This document shows, piece by piece, positions 58,354-64,000 of a stretch of 64,000 nt of DNA. Below the pieces are notes generated by a model, which did not search any database, was not told the DNA's origin, and was given only the letters and a program-made list of their open reading frames with translations. Positions within the stretch are counted from its first letter, which is position 1. Each line of letters begins with the position of its first letter. The stretch comes from Candidatus Poribacteria bacterium (lineage in GTDB: Bacteria; Poribacteria; WGA-4E; WGA-3G). Where the stretch lies: the NCBI GenBank assembly GCA_965214095.1, contig OZ243938.1, positions 1,088,001 through 1,152,000 of the forward strand, written 5' to 3'. A program made the translations under genes and the position numbers.

Positions 58354-60669
58354 ATGAACACTAAAGACGAAACAACTCAACGACAATCTGGGATTTCTGG
58401 AGAGTCCGCGCTTGCCATAATCAGTGTTACACTCGCTGCATTCTGGATAGCATTTGCTTACTACCATGGTGGTAGCACGGATGGAAATGGCAATCGGATT
58501 CTCTTACTACATCCGCTTGTATCCATCGCGCTGATTGTGCTACTTGTCCGAATCTACCGATATGTTGGTATAAAATTTGTCGTGCATCTTGAGATTATCA
58601 TGATTGGTCTATGGATATTTGTCAGGATGCTTGGTGTCTTCATGCCGTTTATTCTGGGTTTCGGATTTGCATATCTTTTTAGGTTTCTGTGGCGTGCACT
58701 TCCTTTCAAGAAATACTATCAACGAGTCATCGCAACTGTACTGATAGTTATTGTTTGTACTAGTGTATTAATATTCACTGGAATAGCCGTTGGTAATCAA
58801 TTGAACCAAATGGCGAAAGGTTTACAAAAATATTTTCATGAAACTCTAATTCCTTTCGTTGATAGTGAAAAATTTGTTGATATCATGTATGATGAATCAG
58901 ATGAAGAACCAATTCTCTTTCTTGCAACTAACCACGGAATCTACCTTCACGAAATTTCGATAGATCCAGAAACGAAACTTGAGAAATTAGAAGATAGAAA
59001 GGGAATAACCAACGGTGAAATAATTGGAAAGAAAATTAATGCAATATCCGTGAACAATGACTATATCTATGCTGGTACTGATTCTGGTGTTTATAGATGT
59101 GACAAAGATATTGTCAAGGTGGTAACAGGAAGGACAGATGAATTGAGTGAAACAACTGAAACAACTGAAACATCTCCTCGTCCTGGATTTATACGAAAAA
59201 TATGGCACATGCTAATAGGAAAAAGAGAAGAATCAGCAGTTGCATTATCAAACAAATTAGTATGGAAAAAAATAGATACAGAATTCTTTGATACACGTCC
59301 TGTCAAAGCCATCAATACACCTTCTTGGAATTCGGATTTGATTTATGTAGGAACAGCGAACGGTTTATTCTTTAGTGAAGATGCTGAGGAAAAATGGGTT
59401 CAGGATAAGACAACACCATTTAATAATAAACCTATAATCCATATTACATCTATAGAAAAGTATGAAATTGAACGAGAAGACATACCAAAATCGCTACCAC
59501 GCAAAGATATACCTATGTTTATTGCTGTTGAGGACATTGATCAGGAAGATGATAAGATAACTACTGTTGTATACAAACTGCCAAAACCTTCAGATAAGTG
59601 GGAACCAATAAGTTCTACAATAAGTTCTACATCAGATGAGATGCCAATAATTAATGTGATTGTAGCAATCGATGAACAGAAAATAGAACTCGTTGCTGGG
59701 ACTAAGAATGGGGTATACGAGTGGGTTGAATCTGGAACATGGGAAGACAAGACAGATTCTGTGCGTTTACCCCTATCAATCACTTTATTGGCTACTTCAA
59801 AGTCTGGATTATATGCAGGGAATGACGAAGTTATACATTATTATTCCAAAAAATCAAGAAAATGGAACAGGGTTATTGAAAAAGAGAGTGGTATAATAGC
59901 ATATAGAGATTCTGAAATTGTGATGCAGTTTCAGGACTACATTACAGAGAAAATACCTGGATGGACAGCAAGTGGTGGTGCTTTTGTACGGTGGATATCT
60001 GGATTAGCGGGATCAATTGCCTTTCAGTTTGGAGGTCTTATTGCTACTCTCTTTTTAGCATTTATCGTGTTTGTCTATGCAAGTCAAGGATTTAACAAAT
60101 ACACACGTGGTTTTATTAATTTAGTCCCAGAAAGACACCGAGAAACTGCAATGGCATATTTTAGGGAAATAGATAGGAATATGCACCAATTTCTCAAAGG
60201 GCAATTCACTGTTATTGTCATAATCTCAATATTGTCCTGTACCATATATCATATTATCGGTGTTCCGTTCGCATTGCTTGTTGGATTAATGGCTGGTCTC
60301 TGTAATGCCATACCGACCTTCGGTCCCTTCATAGGAGGAGGATTTGCATACAGTGCAATGTTAATGGGACTCGCGGCAGGTGAATTCGCAGACCCCTACA
60401 ACTTCCTGTTTCGATGTTTGTTAGTACTTGGTGGTATATTGGGAATTCAGACAATTGACAACTCGCTCATTTCACCGAATGTTATGAGTAATGCCGTTGA
60501 TATTGACCCATTACTTATTATGTTTGCAGTCATCGTTGGTGCGTCTATCCTCGGTTTCTGGGGTGTGTTGCTTGCTATTCCAATCATCGTTGTCATAAAA
60601 TCAATCCTGACTGTTTCAAAGGCTGCAGCCAACGGAGGTGACCCAATGCCTATAGAGGAACAAACCTAA
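58354..60669 (+). CDS. AI-2E (PerM/TqsA) family transporter with an inserted beta-propeller-like domain
   Basis: PFILGFGFAYL; FLKGQ, GVPFALLVG...NAIPTFGP, QTIDNSLISP, GFWGVLLAIP; internal AGT..GVY repeats. Start chosen at ATG 58354. Confidence 0.82.
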   Translation: MNTKDETTQRQSGISGESALAIISVTLAAFWIAFAYYHGGSTDGNGNRILLLHPLVSIALIVLLVRIYRYVGIKFVVHLEIIMIGLWIFVRMLGVFMPFILGFGFAYLFRFLWRALPFKKYYQRVIATVLIVIVCTSVLIFTGIAVGNQLNQMAKGLQKYFHETLIPFVDSEKFVDIMYDESDEEPILFLATNHGIYLHEISIDPETKLEKLEDRKGITNGEIIGKKINAISVNNDYIYAGTDSGVYRCDKDIVKVVTGRTDELSETTETTETSPRPGFIRKIWHMLIGKREESAVALSNKLVWKKIDTEFFDTRPVKAINTPSWNSDLIYVGTANGLFFSEDAEEKWVQDKTTPFNNKPIIHITSIEKYEIEREDIPKSLPRKDIPMFIAVEDIDQEDDKITTVVYKLPKPSDKWEPISSTISSTSDEMPIINVIVAIDEQKIELVAGTKNGVYEWVESGTWEDKTDSVRLPLSITLLATSKSGLYAGNDEVIHYYSKKSRKWNRVIEKESGIIAYRDSEIVMQFQDYITEKIPGWTASGGAFVRWISGLAGSIAFQFGGLIATLFLAFIVFVYASQGFNKYTRGFINLVPERHRETAMAYFREIDRNMHQFLKGQFTVIVIISILSCTIYHIIGVPFALLVGLMAGLCNAIPTFGPFIGGGFAYSAMLMGLAAGEFADPYNFLFRCLLVLGGILGIQTIDNSLISPNVMSNAVDIDPLLIMFAVIVGASILGFWGVLLAIPIIVVIKSILTVSKAAANGGDPMPIEEQT

Positions 60670-62015
60670 TGTCAAATCAACTCCCAATTGTCGCTATTGT
60701 AGGTAGACCCAACGTCGGTAAATCCTCTCTGTTTAATCGGATTACTGCAGATGCACGTCCAAGTTCTGAACATCGTAAGCAGTTCGCCGTCGTCAACGAT
60801 ACACCTGGTGTGACACGGGATCGCAACTACGCAGAAGTTAAATGGCAGGACACATCATTTAAAATAGTGGATACGGGTGGTATGGACGTTGATCATGATG
60901 ATCCATTGATTGATAACGTGCAAGTTCAGGTTGACCAAGCACTATCAGAGGCAGCACTCGTCCTATTTGTCGTTGATGTTCGTGATGGAATAATGCCCCA
61001 TGATAGCATTGTAGCTGAAAAACTACGTTCAGCAGGAAAACCTATTCTTCTCGTTGGAAATAAAGCGGATAGTGTCCGTCTTGGAATGGGAACTGCTGAG
61101 TTCTATTCTCTCGGATTGGATGAACCGATTCTAACCTCGTGTGTTCAGAATATCGGTATACACCAACTCCTTGATCAAGCGGTTGAAGTATTGCCAGAAA
61201 ATGCAGATACACCGGATGATTCCTCTGATCCAATCAAAATCTCAATCGTTGGTCGTCCAAACGTTGGTAAGTCATCTCTCCTCAATTCACTACTCGGTGA
61301 AGAACGCATGATTGTTGACAACCGTCCTGGTACGACACGGGATGCTGTCAATATCAGATTTGTTTATGACAACATCCCTTTTGAACTTGTTGACACAGCA
61401 GGAATGCGACGCAAATCGTCAATTAAAGAGGACTTGGAATCTGCGACTGTGAAAAGCGCAATTAATAGCATCAGACAGAGTGACATTGCAGCATTGGTCT
61501 TAGATGTTACACAAGAGTTGGCACAACAAGACAAGACAATAGCGAGTTTTATTGAGCGAAATGGAAAGGCTTCCGTGCTGGTTCTAAATAAATGGGATCT
61601 CGTTGAGAAGGACAATGCAACACATGGGGAATATATAAGATTGATATCTGCACAAGTGCCGCAACTCGATTATGTGCCAAAGATATTCGTATCGGCTATT
61701 ACGGGTCAACGGGTTACAAAAATCCTTGATGTGGCACTTGAAGTGCATCGCGAATATTGCACCCGAATTCCAACACCTGCGCTGAATGACTTGTTATTAG
61801 AATTGCGCACTTCACATCCTCCTCCTCGTGTGAAAGGAACACGTCCTGCATTGAAATATATCACACAGGTAGAAACGCAGCCACCTACATTCCTAATTTT
61901 TGGACGGAATACGCACAGAATACGTCCACCGTATACAGCATACTTGATCAATAGTCTACGAAGTACATTTGGTTTTCACGGCACACCTATTCGCATTTTT
62001 TATCGTAGAAATTAA
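60669..62015 (+). CDS. der: Ribosome biogenesis GTPase Der (EngA)
   Basis: Two [10 protein letters not shown] motifs, PGVTRDR, DTGG, PGTTRD, DTAG, NKAD/NKWD; KH-like tail FG..GTPIR; TAATG overlap with the upstream stop. Confidence 0.96.
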   Translation: MSNQLPIVAIVGRPNVGKSSLFNRITADARPSSEHRKQFAVVNDTPGVTRDRNYAEVKWQDTSFKIVDTGGMDVDHDDPLIDNVQVQVDQALSEAALVLFVVDVRDGIMPHDSIVAEKLRSAGKPILLVGNKADSVRLGMGTAEFYSLGLDEPILTSCVQNIGIHQLLDQAVEVLPENADTPDDSSDPIKISIVGRPNVGKSSLLNSLLGEERMIVDNRPGTTRDAVNIRFVYDNIPFELVDTAGMRRKSSIKEDLESATVKSAINSIRQSDIAALVLDVTQELAQQDKTIASFIERNGKASVLVLNKWDLVEKDNATHGEYIRLISAQVPQLDYVPKIFVSAITGQRVTKILDVALEVHREYCTRIPTPALNDLLLELRTSHPPPRVKGTRPALKYITQVETQPPTFLIFGRNTHRIRPPYTAYLINSLRSTFGFHGTPIRIFYRRN

Positions 62016-62091
62016 GATATTGCTATCATATAATGTTCCATAAGGTTTCAGTACATCAAAACTTCTGCATTATCTAATTCAGAGGAATACA

Positions 62092-63069
62092 ATGGCAAAA
62101 CCTAAAATCTTTATTACGCGTCCAATTCCAGAACTAGTTCTTGTTCAAATTCAATCGGAATGTGATGTTGATATGTGGCACACAAGTGCCATTCTACCAC
62201 CTATCGCTGAGAAGATACCACCTTTAGATGGATTGATGACGTATGGACATGAACCCGTTACTGCAGAAATGTTTGACACATCTCCCAATCTGAAAGTTGT
62301 ATCTGTTGTTGGCGTTGGTTATGACCATGTAGATGAAGATGCAGCCAGAAAACGCGGAATTGCTCTTGGACATACACCCGGTGTTCTCAGTGACACCACA
62401 GCTGATATGACATGGGCTCTCCTACTTGCTGTGGCTCGCAATGTTGTACCTGCCTATAACCACGTTCAGGTTGACAGGCAGTGGCACTATTATGATCCAA
62501 ACATACTTTGGGGTTATGATGTGCATCACGCAACGATTGGTATTGTTGGTATGGGACGTATCGGTTATGCAGTTGCAAAACGTGCCTTAGGATTCGATAT
62601 GAAAGTACTTTACAACAAACGGGAACGTAGGCATGATTGGGAGGAAGAACTCGGTATTGAATATGCAGAAATGGAACATCTACTCAAAGTTTCCGACTTT
62701 GTAACTCTTCATGTCCCTTTGACAGAAGAGACTACACAGATGATTGGGAAAGCGGAGTTTGAATTGATGAAGCCTACTGCGATTCTTGTCAATATCGCAA
62801 GAGGTCCTGTCGTGGATCACGATGCGTTGTATGTGGCACTTTCGGAAGGACAGATTGCTGGAGCTGCATTGGATGTCACCGAACCTGAACCAATTAACAC
62901 CGACCATCCTCTTCTTGATTTAGATAACTTACTCATTGCTCCGCATCTTGGTAGTGCGACTATTCAAACGCGAATGAAAATGGCAACGATGGCTATGGAA
63001 AACTTGTTTGCTGGGTTAAAGGGTGAACGATTGCCTTATGGGGTTGTGCAGCCGAGTGGCGTATCGTAA
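62092..63069 (+). CDS. D-glycerate dehydrogenase/glyoxylate reductase (GyaR-like)
   Basis: VGYDHVD, TPGVL.DTTAD, GIVGMGRIG, NIARGPVVD, ALDV.EPEP, PHLGSAT. Confidence 0.9.
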   Translation: MAKPKIFITRPIPELVLVQIQSECDVDMWHTSAILPPIAEKIPPLDGLMTYGHEPVTAEMFDTSPNLKVVSVVGVGYDHVDEDAARKRGIALGHTPGVLSDTTADMTWALLLAVARNVVPAYNHVQVDRQWHYYDPNILWGYDVHHATIGIVGMGRIGYAVAKRALGFDMKVLYNKRERRHDWEEELGIEYAEMEHLLKVSDFVTLHVPLTEETTQMIGKAEFELMKPTAILVNIARGPVVDHDALYVALSEGQIAGAALDVTEPEPINTDHPLLDLDNLLIAPHLGSATIQTRMKMATMAMENLFAGLKGERLPYGVVQPSGVS

Positions 63070-63098
63070 ATTGAGTCATCTCAAATCAAAATATGTAT

Positions 63099-63236
63099 TA
63101 TAGTAAAAACCATAATTATTTACATATTACGGTAGGTTCGGTTTCCTAACCGAACCGGTGTTTGTTCAATCTCATAGATGTGGTTAGGAAACCGCATCTA
63201 CCGCGGAGTGTGCACGTATTTTTACATTTCACTATA
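63099..63236. mobile_element. 138-bp MITE-like element with TATAGTRAAA ends carrying a REP doublet
   Basis: TATAGTAAAA 63099 and TTTCACTATA to 63236; its inner 108 bp match 22122-22229. Confidence 0.7.
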
Positions 63237-63239
63237 AGA

Positions 63240-63986
63240 TTAGGATAGTTTATTGATAAGCGAGGCACTATAGCCTGCCCCAAATCCGTTGTCTATGTTC
63301 ACAACGGTTACGCCAGAAGCACAACTATTTAGCATGCCGAGTAATGCCGCAAGTCCCCCGAAACTGGCACCATACCCCACGCTTGTCGGAACAGCGATTA
63401 CGGGTGTATCCACCAATCCTCCTATAACGCTGGGTAATGCACCTTCCATCCCTGCAATTACTATAATGACTCGAGCATTCAGAAGTTTCTCGTGATTTCC
63501 AATCAGCCTATGTAATCCTGCAACACCGACATCGTAAAGCCGTTCTGGTGGACAACCCATCATGAATGCAGTTTCGGCGGCTTCTTCTGCTACTGGTAAA
63601 TCGGAAGTTCCTGCAGAAACTATAAGAACACCTTCTTTTTCCTCTGAGGTGGTTTGCTTCACGGAGATTGTCCGTCCCAATTCATTGTATCGCACCTCTG
63701 GATGCAGTTCTTTAACACCTTCGTACATTGAAGGCGTAGCACGCGTCGCTAGCAACGGATGTCCTGCATTTAGGATACTTTCACTTATTTTTTTGACATG
63801 CTCATCTGTTTTCCCTTCACAAAAGATGACTTCAGGAAAACCTGTCCGAAGCTGCCGATGATGATCAATTTTGGAAAAACCGAGGTCTTCAAAAGGGAGG
63901 GTGCGGAGAGATTTCAGTGCATCACTCACTTCTATCTCTCCACTTTTGACCTTCTCAAGGAGAATGTTTAACTTTTCAACTTCCAT
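63240..63986 (-). CDS. larB: Nickel-pincer cofactor biosynthesis protein LarB (PurE-like)
   Basis: DHHRQLRTGFPEVIFCEGK, AGTSDLPVAEEA, DVGVAGLHRL, AGMEGAL.S, AVPTSVGYG, VNIDNGFGA. Confidence 0.93.
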   Translation of the reverse strand: MEVEKLNILLEKVKSGEIEVSDALKSLRTLPFEDLGFSKIDHHRQLRTGFPEVIFCEGKTDEHVKKISESILNAGHPLLATRATPSMYEGVKELHPEVRYNELGRTISVKQTTSEEKEGVLIVSAGTSDLPVAEEAAETAFMMGCPPERLYDVGVAGLHRLIGNHEKLLNARVIIVIAGMEGALPSVIGGLVDTPVIAVPTSVGYGASFGGLAALLGMLNSCASGVTVVNIDNGFGAGYSASLINKLS

Positions 63987-64000
63987 ATTTGCTGAAACTG

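Overview
This is a bacterial chromosomal window. The style of the secreted proteins (LRR/cadherin adhesin, lamin-tail proteins, 'PNPFNPETWIPYQL' and 'TTWxxLK' C-termini) suggests Candidatus Poribacteria; that assignment is an inference, not a database result. Main blocks: (1) 1-4.9 kb holds an SDR 3' end, an acetamidase, and a 1127-aa Prim-Pol/degenerate SF2-helicase/HTH fusion. (2) 5-22 kb is a cluster of four secreted surface-protein genes, including a ~2924-aa LRR-cadherin adhesin with three near-identical 306-bp repeats; two of these genes share a promoter carrying an 11-bp inverted repeat with a 39-bp spacer, and one has an in-frame TAG. (3) 22-29 kb holds an orphan ftsZ lacking its C-terminal anchor peptide, thiO, a secreted repeat protein and a Gfo/Idh/MocA oxidoreductase. 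(4) 29.6-34.7 kb is a cassette (unannotated Cys-rich frame, LolA-like protein, DUF1573 lipoprotein, non-catalytic FGE lipoprotein, membrane protein) bracketed by copies of a 28-bp palindrome and followed by a Fic gene. (5) 35-47 kb holds metabolic genes, trpB and a TonB-dependent receptor operon. (6) 47.6-51.2 kb holds an AAA/PD-(D/E)XK protein and GmrSD, whose 3' end appears frameshifted. (7) 51-64 kb holds a spermidine-synthase-like membrane fusion, aspS with a 77-aa insertion, DAACS and AI-2E transporters with inserted domains, der, a 2-hydroxyacid dehydrogenase and larB. Intergenic DNA is dense in GTAG-type REP/REPIN hairpins, several nested inside TATAGT-ended MITE-like elements. No rRNA, tRNA, CRISPR array, transposase or integrase was recognised. 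All family calls come from reading motifs by eye.
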